Below, one piece after another: positions 56,354 through 64,000 of a stretch of DNA of 64,000 nt. Location of the stretch: contig DATIEN010000094.1 in NCBI GenBank assembly GCA_035455705.1, positions 188 to 64,187 of the forward strand, read 5' to 3'. The stretch comes from Casimicrobiaceae bacterium. GTDB taxonomy: Bacteria; Pseudomonadota; Gammaproteobacteria; Burkholderiales; Casimicrobiaceae. Under the pieces are notes generated by a model. It was not told where the DNA came from. It did no database searches and was given only the letters and a program-made list of their open reading frames with translations. Every line of letters begins with the position of its first letter. Position 1 is the first letter of the stretch. A program made the position numbers and the translations under genes.

Positions 56354-57316
56354 ATGTCCCGCATCTACGTGATCCACGAGAACGACGCCTGGGTCGAGCC
56401 TTTGCGCGCCGCGTTCGCCGAGTTGGGCCTGCCCTACACCGAATGGTTCATCGCCGACGGCCGCCTCGACCTCGCGACGGTACCGCCGCGCGGGGTCTTT
56501 TACAACCGGATGAGCGCGTCGTCGCACACGCGGGGCCACCGCTACGCGGCCGAGCTGACCGGAGGCCTCCTCGCCTGGCTCGAGTCGCACGGACGCCGTG
56601 TGGTCAACGACTCGCGTGCGCTGTCGCTCGAGATCAGCAAGATGGCGCAATACGCCGCGCTGCGCCGCGAAGGCATCCGCGTGCCGCACACGATCGCGGC
56701 CGTCGGCCGCGACGCGATCGTCGAGGCGGCGAAAGCGATGCGGGGCCGGTTCATCACCAAGCACAATCGCGCGGGCAAGGGTCTCGGCGTTCGCCTCTTC
56801 GACGGCGTCGATGCGCTCGCCCGCTACGTCGACGGTCCCGCGTTCGAGGATTCGGTCGACGGCGTGACGCTGATCCAGCAGTACATTGCCGCGTCCAAGC
56901 CGTTCATCACGCGGGTCGAGTTCGTCGGCGGCGAATTCCTCTACGCCGTTCGCGTCGATACGTCGCAGGGATTCGAGCTTTGCCCCGCCGACGTCTGCCA
57001 GGTCGACGACGCGTTCTGCCCGGCGGGGGAAACGGCGCCGGCGGCTTCGTCGCCGCGATTCGAGGTGATCGGCAATTTCACCCATCCGCTCGTCGAGCGC
57101 TACCGCCGCTTCCTCGCCGCCAACGGCATCGGCGTCGCGGGCATCGAGTTCATCGTCGATGCGAACGGCGAGCCGTACACCTACGACGTCAACACGAACA
57201 CGAACTACAACCCCGAGGCCGAGGCGAAAGCGGGCGTGTCGGGGATGCGTGCGATCGCTGCTTACCTCGGGCGCGAGCTTCGCGCTCTCGACGCCACCGA
57301 GCGCCAGGCCGCCTGA
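56354..57316 (+). CDS. RimK/GshB-like ATP-grasp ligase
   Basis: TKHNRAGKGLGV, LIQQYI, AGIEF, YDVNTNTNYN; GAGGT SD. Confidence 0.87.
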   Translation: MSRIYVIHENDAWVEPLRAAFAELGLPYTEWFIADGRLDLATVPPRGVFYNRMSASSHTRGHRYAAELTGGLLAWLESHGRRVVNDSRALSLEISKMAQYAALRREGIRVPHTIAAVGRDAIVEAAKAMRGRFITKHNRAGKGLGVRLFDGVDALARYVDGPAFEDSVDGVTLIQQYIAASKPFITRVEFVGGEFLYAVRVDTSQGFELCPADVCQVDDAFCPAGETAPAASSPRFEVIGNFTHPLVERYRRFLAANGIGVAGIEFIVDANGEPYTYDVNTNTNYNPEAEAKAGVSGMRAIAAYLGRELRALDATERQAA

Positions 57317-57451
57317 CGTTCGCGTCGCGGAGCGAAGAGCAGGCGACCCTGCTTCAGCCGCACGGCGTTCGTTGCGCGCGCGAAAGCTCGAGGCGGCCTC
57401 CGCGGCAGCGCAGGAGGATAATGTCCACCTCATCTGCGACAGGAGACAGTC

Positions 57452-58642
57452 ATGGCCAACCCCCGGCAAGTCGTCATCGTCAACGGCGCACGCACCGCGA
57501 TTGGAGACTACGGCGGTTCGCTGAAGGACATCCCCCCCACCGAGCTCGGCGCGCGCGTCGTGCGCGAGGCGGTGGCGCGCGCCAAGGTCGATCCGGGCAC
57601 GATCGGCCAGTGTGTATTCGGCAACGTCATCCACACCGAGGCGCGCGACATGTACCTGTCGCGTGTCGTCGCGATCAACGGCGGTCTGCCGCACGAAAGC
57701 GGCGCCCTGACCGTCAACCGGCTTTGCGGCAGCGGTTTGCAGGCGATCGTGAGCGCCGCGCAGTACATCATGCTGGGCGACACCGACGTCGCGGTCGGCG
57801 GCGGAGCGGAAAGCATGAGCCGCGGCGCGTATGCGAACACGACGCAGCGCTGGGGCACGCGCATGGGCGACGCGAAGGTTATCGACATGATGGTCGGCGC
57901 ACTGACCGACCCGTTCGACACGGTGCACATGGGCATCACCGCGGAGAACGTGGCGACGAAGTGCGGCATCACGCGCGAGCAGCAGGACGCGTTCGCGGTC
58001 GAGAGCCACCGCCGGGCAATGAAGGCGCAAAGCGAAGGGCGCTTCAAGTCGCAGATCCTGCCGATCGAGCTCAAGAGCAAGAAAGGCAGCGTCATGTTCG
58101 AGACCGACGAGCACGTGCGCGGTGACGCGAGCGCGGAAGGCATGGCGAAGCTTCGCGCCGCATTCGTGAAGGAGAACGGCACGGTAACGGCCGGCAACGC
58201 GTCCGGCATCAACGACGCGGCGGCGGCGGTCGTGCTGATGGAGATGCAGGCGGCGGAGCGCGCGGGCGTGAGGCCCATGGCGCGGCTCGTCGCCTACGGC
58301 CATGCCGGCATCGACCCGAAGATCATGGGTCTCGGCCCGGTCAGCGCGGTCAAGAAGGCGCTGTCGAAGGCGAACCTCAAGGTTTCCGACATGGACGTCA
58401 TCGAGTCGAACGAGGCGTTCGCCGCGCAGGCGCTCGGCGTGTCCAAGCAGCTCGACCTCGATCCGGCGAAGGTGAACCCGAACGGAGGCGCGGTCGCCCT
58501 CGGTCATCCGATCGGTGCGACCGGCGCGATCCTGACGATCAAGGCGATGTACGAGCTTTCGCGGACGAACGGCCGTTACGCGCTCGTCACGATGTGCATC
58601 GGAGGTGGCCAGGGGATCGCGGCCATCATCGAGCGCATGTGA
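57452..58642 (+). CDS. bktB: Beta-ketothiolase (BktB-like)
   Basis: NRLCGSGLQA, NEAFAAQ, GHPIGATG, CIGGGQG. Confidence 0.9.
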   Translation: MANPRQVVIVNGARTAIGDYGGSLKDIPPTELGARVVREAVARAKVDPGTIGQCVFGNVIHTEARDMYLSRVVAINGGLPHESGALTVNRLCGSGLQAIVSAAQYIMLGDTDVAVGGGAESMSRGAYANTTQRWGTRMGDAKVIDMMVGALTDPFDTVHMGITAENVATKCGITREQQDAFAVESHRRAMKAQSEGRFKSQILPIELKSKKGSVMFETDEHVRGDASAEGMAKLRAAFVKENGTVTAGNASGINDAAAAVVLMEMQAAERAGVRPMARLVAYGHAGIDPKIMGLGPVSAVKKALSKANLKVSDMDVIESNEAFAAQALGVSKQLDLDPAKVNPNGGAVALGHPIGATGAILTIKAMYELSRTNGRYALVTMCIGGGQGIAAIIERM

Positions 58643-58643
58643 G

Positions 58644-59264
58644 TTGCGCGACGTCCCGCTTCTGATCGTCGCGCTGACGGTCTCTGCCTACTGGCTGCGC
58701 GTCGGCGCGATGGTCGTCCGGGCGCGGCGGCGCCAGCACCGCGACGTCGGCGTCGTTCCGGAGCGGGCGAGCGAGCGCGTCATGTGGCTCGCCTTCGTGC
58801 CGCTCGTCCTCGCGTGGTGCGCGCTGCCGTGGCTCGCGTGCACGCACGCGACGGGCCCGTTCGCGGTTCCGCCGTTCGCCCGCGAAGGCGTGTATGCCAT
58901 GCTTCGCTGGCCGTTCGCGGCGGTGGTGGTCGGCTGCCTTGCGCTGACGATCGATTGCTGGCGGCGGATGGGTCGCAACTGGCGGATGGACATCAGTGAC
59001 AGCAATACCGCGCTCGTCACCGAAGGCCTGTTCGCGCGCATCCGCCATCCGATCTACGCGTTCAGCATCGCGATGATGATCGCCACGGCGATCGTCCTGC
59101 CGACGAGCGCGATGATCGCGATCGCCGCCGTGCACGTCGTCCTGATGAACGTCAAGGCGAGGCGCGAGGAAGCGCATCTCGCGCGGCTGCATGGCGCCGC
59201 CTATGCACGCTATGTGGAGCGCACCGGCCGGTTCCTGCCGGCGTTGGCCGCCCGGCATTCGTAG
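58644..59264 (+). CDS. ICMT/PEMT family membrane methyltransferase
   Basis: TM helices, LVTEGLFARIRHPIY, REEAHL, Y..Y...TGRFLP; TTG start estimated. Confidence 0.87.
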   Translation: MRDVPLLIVALTVSAYWLRVGAMVVRARRRQHRDVGVVPERASERVMWLAFVPLVLAWCALPWLACTHATGPFAVPPFAREGVYAMLRWPFAAVVVGCLALTIDCWRRMGRNWRMDISDSNTALVTEGLFARIRHPIYAFSIAMMIATAIVLPTSAMIAIAAVHVVLMNVKARREEAHLARLHGAAYARYVERTGRFLPALAARHS

Positions 59265-60240
59265 CGCGCCGCGGTTCGCCGCGGCGCTTCTCGCCTGCGC
59301 GGTCGCGCTGTCGGTCCTCGCGCATCCGCACGTCGCGTCGGCAGCGCCGCCGCTCGATCCGGCGCTCGCCGCACGGGTGCGCGCGCTCGATTGCCAGCGC
59401 GTCTCGGCGGAAGACGTTCACGCCGTGCTGGCCAACGCGCCGGCGCCGAGGATCGTGCTGCTCCAGGGCAGCCTACCGCTCGTCACGATGGAGCCGTTCG
59501 CGCGCTTCCTGACCGTCATGGGTTATCCCGAGGAGCGGCTGCGCAACCCGCGCGACGGCCGGTTCTCGTACGACAGCTTCGCGGACAGCGCGAAGCTCGC
59601 CGGCGCACTCGCATACGATTACGAGCGCACGGGGATGGCACCGATGCTCATCGGGCACAGCCAGGGCGGAATGATGGCAATCAAGGTGCTCTACGAGTTC
59701 GCCGGCGTGTTCCACGACGCGCTGCACGTCGTCGATCCGGCGACCGGTGCGGCGCTTCCGCGCACCTCGATCGTCGACCCGCACACGGGCAAACTGCGGC
59801 CGGTCGTCGGGCTGCGCCTCGCCTATGCGGCGGCGCTGGCGACCGGCTGGCTGCCGCGCCTCATGCTCGGGCAGTGGAACATGCTGTCGCGCTTGCGCAG
59901 GATTCCGGACTCGGTCGACGAATTCACCGGCTTCATCCTGCCGCACGATCCGGTGGCCGGCAATCTCTTCGGCGACGAGCCCTACGAGCCGGTTCACGCC
60001 GCAACGGTGCGCAACGTCGTGCTGCCCGCCGATTATCATCACCTGACGTTGCCGCGGGTCGCGCACCTCGCGGATGATCCGGCGATGCGCGCCTGGATCG
60101 ACTCGTGGTCCCCGCAAGCGAGACGTGCGTCTCCGGCGGGCGACACGTCCAACCTCGTGCAGGCCGCGGACATCTGGTTCAGCGTCAAGCGGCAATGGTG
60201 CCGTCAGGCGCAGGGATTGCTCAGTGTCCCCACATCGTGA
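59212..60240 (+). CDS. Exported alpha/beta hydrolase-fold protein (paralog A)
   Basis: Signal-like hydrophobic stretch ending ASA, IGHSQGG nucleophile elbow; start uncertain, overlaps upstream gene. Confidence 0.8.
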   Translation: MWSAPAGSCRRWPPGIRSAPRFAAALLACAVALSVLAHPHVASAAPPLDPALAARVRALDCQRVSAEDVHAVLANAPAPRIVLLQGSLPLVTMEPFARFLTVMGYPEERLRNPRDGRFSYDSFADSAKLAGALAYDYERTGMAPMLIGHSQGGMMAIKVLYEFAGVFHDALHVVDPATGAALPRTSIVDPHTGKLRPVVGLRLAYAAALATGWLPRLMLGQWNMLSRLRRIPDSVDEFTGFILPHDPVAGNLFGDEPYEPVHAATVRNVVLPADYHHLTLPRVAHLADDPAMRAWIDSWSPQARRASPAGDTSNLVQAADIWFSVKRQWCRQAQGLLSVPTS

Positions 60241-60383
60241 TCCTTCCCTCGCGCTTCCTTCGCGGATGCCTGCCGCTTTCTGTCGGGTCGCTCGCGGAAA
60301 ACGGCATTGTGGCGCCCTCGCCGGGACGCGCCATGCGCGTCGCCGGCGGCGACTTTTTACATCCTCGCCGTGCAAAAAGCCCT

Positions 60384-61715
60384 GTGACTGAAAGTCGCCC
60401 GCCGACAGGGGCAACGGCCGCACCGGAAGGCGGTCGGTGGCCGGGCCGGCTCAACCTGTTCCAGGCGACGATGCTGGACTGGCGCGACTTTCACCCGTAC
60501 AACGCGGTGCACGCGGTGCGGCTTCCCTTGCCGTACGATGCGGCCGGGCTCACGCGCGCGATCGCCGGCTGCCTCGCCGACGCCGGGCTTACCGGACTGC
60601 ACCTCGACCGCGATCGCTGCCGCTACGCGTGGCGAGGCGGGCCTCCGAATGTCGCGGTCGAAACGCTCGACGTCGGTGCCGACTGGCAGGCGTCGCTCGC
60701 CCGCGCGTTCGAGCGCCACCTCAACGCACCGTTTGCCCGTGACGGCGAGATCGACCCGTTTCGGTTCTTCGCGATGCCGCTCGACGCCGGCTTCTTCGTC
60801 GGGGTCGCCTACGATCACTTCATCGCCGGCGGCGACTCGATCATCGCGCTGCTCGACGCGATCGCCGCGCGCTATTCGGGCAAGCCGCTCGACGCGGCGC
60901 CGCTCGCCCGCTACCCCCACACGCACCGGCGGCTTTTCGTGCGGCATCCGCTCGCATTCGTGCGCGGCCTGGCGCGCCTTCCGGGCCTCGCCCAGAGCTG
61001 CCGGCGGACGATACGTCCGCGCTACCGATCGATCGAAGACGGCCACAACGGCTTCACGTTCTGCGTGCTCGAGCCGCCGCGATACGACGCGTTGCGCAAT
61101 GCCGCCAGGGCATGGCGCGTGACGCTCAACGACGCGCTGATGGCGCTGCTGCTCGCCGCACAGGCGGACGCCTGCCCGGCGCGCGACATGACCCGGCGCC
61201 GGCGCGAACTCGCGGTCGCATCGATCGTCAACCTGAGGAGCGCCCACGGCGAGGATAGGCGCACCTTCGGCCAATTCCTGAGCTCGTTCCGGGTCGCGCA
61301 TCCGGTTCCATCGGGTATCGGCCTCGACGCGCTCGCGCGCGACGTCCATCGCGCGACGACGCGGATCAAGCGGGAGAAGCTTTTCCTGACGACCCTCTTC
61401 GCGATGCGCGTCGACCGCTTGATCGGACACGCGCAGACGCGCGCGCAAAGGATGCGCATCTACGCGAAGAACTATCCGGTCGGCGCAGGCGTCTCGTCGT
61501 TGAACGTCGACGCGCTCTGGACGAGCGGGGACGGCGAAGCGCCACTCTACGTGCGCGGCGTTCCGACCGGTCCGCTGTCGCCGCTCGTGGTTTCGGTCAC
61601 GACGTCCGGTCGCCGCATGTGCCTTGGCATCTCGTACCGTACGACCGCGATGTCGGGCGCGGAGGCCGAGGCGCTTCGCAACGATCTCGTCCAACGCATC
61701 GAACGACTCCCATGA
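60384..61715 (+). CDS. Stand-alone condensation / CoA-dependent acyltransferase-fold protein
   Basis: LNLFQ (C1-like), YN..HAV, APF...PFRF, YDHFIAGGDS, VTLND, VNLR, FGQFL, ISYR. Confidence 0.75.
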   Translation: MTESRPPTGATAAPEGGRWPGRLNLFQATMLDWRDFHPYNAVHAVRLPLPYDAAGLTRAIAGCLADAGLTGLHLDRDRCRYAWRGGPPNVAVETLDVGADWQASLARAFERHLNAPFARDGEIDPFRFFAMPLDAGFFVGVAYDHFIAGGDSIIALLDAIAARYSGKPLDAAPLARYPHTHRRLFVRHPLAFVRGLARLPGLAQSCRRTIRPRYRSIEDGHNGFTFCVLEPPRYDALRNAARAWRVTLNDALMALLLAAQADACPARDMTRRRRELAVASIVNLRSAHGEDRRTFGQFLSSFRVAHPVPSGIGLDALARDVHRATTRIKREKLFLTTLFAMRVDRLIGHAQTRAQRMRIYAKNYPVGAGVSSLNVDALWTSGDGEAPLYVRGVPTGPLSPLVVSVTTSGRRMCLGISYRTTAMSGAEAEALRNDLVQRIERLP

Positions 61716-62824
61716 CTTCGCCCCGTCGCCTCCCCGCCGCCGTGCTCGTGGCCGTCTCGCTCGCCGTCGCCGGCTGCGCGATGCAGCCGGTCGAGCAGTC
61801 GGCTGCGGCCGCCCATCATCCTGCCGCGCCCGCCGCCCCGCTCGTTCCGGTCCGCGCGCTGCAGGATCGACTGCTCGCACTCGATCCCGAACACGTCACC
61901 GACGAGGAGGTGCGAACCGTGCTCGCGCGGGGCCCCACGCCGCGCATCATGCTGCTGCACGGCGGCATCTATCCGGTGCAGCTTTTGATGGAGTCGTTCG
62001 GACGTTTCCTCGTCGGAATGGGTTATCCGCAGTCGCGAATCCGCGATCCGGGCGACGGCGCATGGTCGTACAGTCCTTACGACGACGCCGAGAAGCTCGC
62101 CGGCATCCTGGCCTGGGATTACGAGCGCACCGGCGTGCGGCCGATGCTGATCGGCCACAGCCAGGGCGGCATGCAAGCGGTCAAGGTGCTGCACGAGCTC
62201 GCCGGCCACTTCGACGACCACGTGCGCGTCTACGATCCCCTTCGCAACGCGTTCGACGAACGCACGGCGATCGTCGATCCGCTGACGGGCGAGACGCGAC
62301 CGGTGATCGGCGACGTGCGCGTGTCGTACGCGTCGGCAGTCGGTGCCGGCGGCGCCACCTTCGTCATGCCCAACCAATGGTCGATGATCGGCAAGCTGGA
62401 GACCATTCCCGACACGGTCGACGACTTCACGGGCTTCACGGCCGGCATCGACCTGATCGGCGGCAACACCGACTATCACCACAACGGCACCGCGCACGTG
62501 CGCAACGTCGCGTTGCCGCTCACGTACAACCACATCTTCGTGCCGGCCGTCGCCTCGCTCGCCGACGACGCCGTCGTGCGCGACTGGATCAACGCGTACG
62601 CGCCCGGCGACAAGCGCGACCCGTCGGCGCTTCCCGGCGACGCGCCGCTGCACGTGCTGTGGGCGGCCGACGTGTGGTACAGCATCAAGAAGCACTGGTG
62701 CCTCGAGGCGCAGCGGCTCGTGCGGGCCGAGCGTTTGCGCATTCCCTTGCAGGATGCCGCCCGCAAGCCGCCGCCGACCGAGAGCGCCGAGCGCAGCGCG
62801 CCGACGGAAAGCGCGGTTCGATGA
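61712..62824 (+). CDS. Lipoprotein alpha/beta hydrolase-fold protein (paralog B)
   Basis: Lipobox VAGC, IGHSQGG; ATGA overlap with upstream gene; aligns end to end with paralog A. Confidence 0.85.
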   Translation: MTSPRRLPAAVLVAVSLAVAGCAMQPVEQSAAAAHHPAAPAAPLVPVRALQDRLLALDPEHVTDEEVRTVLARGPTPRIMLLHGGIYPVQLLMESFGRFLVGMGYPQSRIRDPGDGAWSYSPYDDAEKLAGILAWDYERTGVRPMLIGHSQGGMQAVKVLHELAGHFDDHVRVYDPLRNAFDERTAIVDPLTGETRPVIGDVRVSYASAVGAGGATFVMPNQWSMIGKLETIPDTVDDFTGFTAGIDLIGGNTDYHHNGTAHVRNVALPLTYNHIFVPAVASLADDAVVRDWINAYAPGDKRDPSALPGDAPLHVLWAADVWYSIKKHWCLEAQRLVRAERLRIPLQDAARKPPPTESAERSAPTESAVR

Positions 62825-62960
62825 CCGCTCGCGGCGCCGCGGTAGAATAGCCGCCTTTTCGCGCGCCGCCCCTCGCGGGGCAATCCCGCCTTTCCGGGTC
62901 GCGCCCGATCGCCGTCGCGGAGCGCGCGTAACGGGCTCCGCCGCAAAGCCGCCAGAGAAG

Positions 62961-63713
62961 ATGACCGCCCTGCAAGGCCAAGTTGCGCTCGTGACCGGCG
63001 CCGCACGCGGCATCGGGCGCGCAATCGCGCGCAAGCTGGCGGCCGAAGGCGCGGACGTCGCCGTCAACTACTACAACAGCCACGACGAGGCGGAGGCGCT
63101 CTGTGCGGAGCTGCGCGGGCTCGGGCGGCGCGCGTACGCGATCCAGGGCAGCGTCGGCGTGCCGGACAGCGTCGACGAGATGTTCGCGGCGTTCCGCGAT
63201 CACTTCGATCGCGCCGACATCGTCGTCAGCAACGCGGCGTCGGGCGTGCTGAAGCCGGTCCTGGACATGGGGCTCAAGCACTGGCGCTGGTGCATGGAAA
63301 CGAACGCGCTCGCCATCGACCTGCTCGCGCAGCGCGCGGTGCCGTTGATGCGCGAAGGCGGACGCATCATCGCGATGTCGAGCCTGGGCGCGCAGCGCGC
63401 GATGCCCGCCTATGGCTTCATCGGCGCATCGAAGGCTGCGCTCGAGTCGCTCGTGCGCGCGCTCGCGCAGGAGCTCGGCCCGCGTGGCATCCGCGTCAAC
63501 ACGGTGAGCGCCGGCGTCGTCGACACCGACGCGCTCGCGCACTTCCCCAACCGTGACGAGCTCCTCGCCGACTTCGCGCGCCGGACGCCGGCCGGTCCGC
63601 GGCTCGCGCCGGAAGACGTCGCCAACGCGGTGTACCTGCTGTGCCTGCCGGAGGCGTCGATGATCAACGGGCACACGCTCGTCGTCGACGGCGGCTTCGC
63701 GATCTCCGGATGA
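62961..63713 (+). CDS. SDR, enoyl-ACP reductase FabL-like
   Basis: TGAARGIG, VSNAASGVLKP, SSLG, YGFIGASKAALE (YxxxxxxK), VDTDALAHFP; TAGAAT at 62843. Confidence 0.85.
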   Translation: MTALQGQVALVTGAARGIGRAIARKLAAEGADVAVNYYNSHDEAEALCAELRGLGRRAYAIQGSVGVPDSVDEMFAAFRDHFDRADIVVSNAASGVLKPVLDMGLKHWRWCMETNALAIDLLAQRAVPLMREGGRIIAMSSLGAQRAMPAYGFIGASKAALESLVRALAQELGPRGIRVNTVSAGVVDTDALAHFPNRDELLADFARRTPAGPRLAPEDVANAVYLLCLPEASMINGHTLVVDGGFAISG

Positions 63714-64000
63714 CGGCGTCCGGCGTGCCACTGTCGGGGCTTGCGGGAAAAGTCGCGCTCGTCACCGGAGGTAGCCGAGGCATCGGTCGCGCCGTCGTCG
63801 AGCTGTTCGCGCGCGAAGGCGCCGACGTGACGTTCTTCTATCGCAGCAACGAAGCCGCCGCCGGCGACGTCGTTTCTGCGCTGCAAGCGGAAGGACACGA
63901 CGTACGCGCCGAGCGCGTCGACGTGACGGACGGCAAGTCGTGCGGTGCCGCCGTCGACGCCCTCGCCGAGCGCGCCGGCCGCATCGACGTGCTCGTCAAC
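63710..64000 (+). CDS. SDR, FabG-like 3-oxoacyl-ACP reductase (3' end outside window)
   Basis: Manual translation from ATG 63710: GKVALVTGGSRGIG...YRSN...GRIDVLVN; ATGA overlap with upstream SDR. Confidence 0.85.
   Translation, partial: MTASGVPLSGLAGKVALVTGGSRGIGRAVVELFAREGADVTFFYRSNEAAAGDVVSALQAEGHDVRAERVDVTDGKSCGAAVDALAERAGRIDVLVN

Noticed and set aside
55787-58507. 906-aa minus-strand ORF as a giant cupin fusion
   Set aside because: Only the last 160 codons are a cupin; the rest is the antisense of the ATP-grasp and thiolase genes.

Overview
High-GC, gene-dense chromosomal segment, most likely from a betaproteobacterium (Burkholderiales/Casimicrobiaceae-like, inferred from gene content and synteny). 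I saw no rRNA, tRNA, CRISPR array, integrase or transposase. Housekeeping blocks: aceE-aceF-rpiA-proA, nadD-rsfS-rlmH-maf-rng, rnb-tonB-mtgA-mgtE, mpl-yqiA, rocD and a thiolase. Three accessory features stand out. (1) At 17.5-30 kb, a catabolic locus encodes homologs of the AllF/G/H (FdrA/YlbE/YlbF; YahF/G/E) carbamoyltransferase subunits plus carbamate kinase, a Liv-type ABC importer with a triple-fused subunit, a CodA-fold hydrolase with altered catalytic residues and a NicS-type TetR. Three copies of an AGTAA-N8-TTACT palindrome sit at its promoters and suggest one regulon of unknown substrate. (2) From 58.6 kb, a probable lipid/secondary-metabolite cluster runs off the window end: membrane methyltransferase, two paralogous exported serine hydrolases, a stand-alone condensation-fold protein with a degenerate active site, and FabL/FabG-like reductases. 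(3) A cytoplasmic BON protein carries a long G/Q/Y/S prion-like region. All calls come from motif recognition by eye; no database searches were run and many start codons are best estimates.
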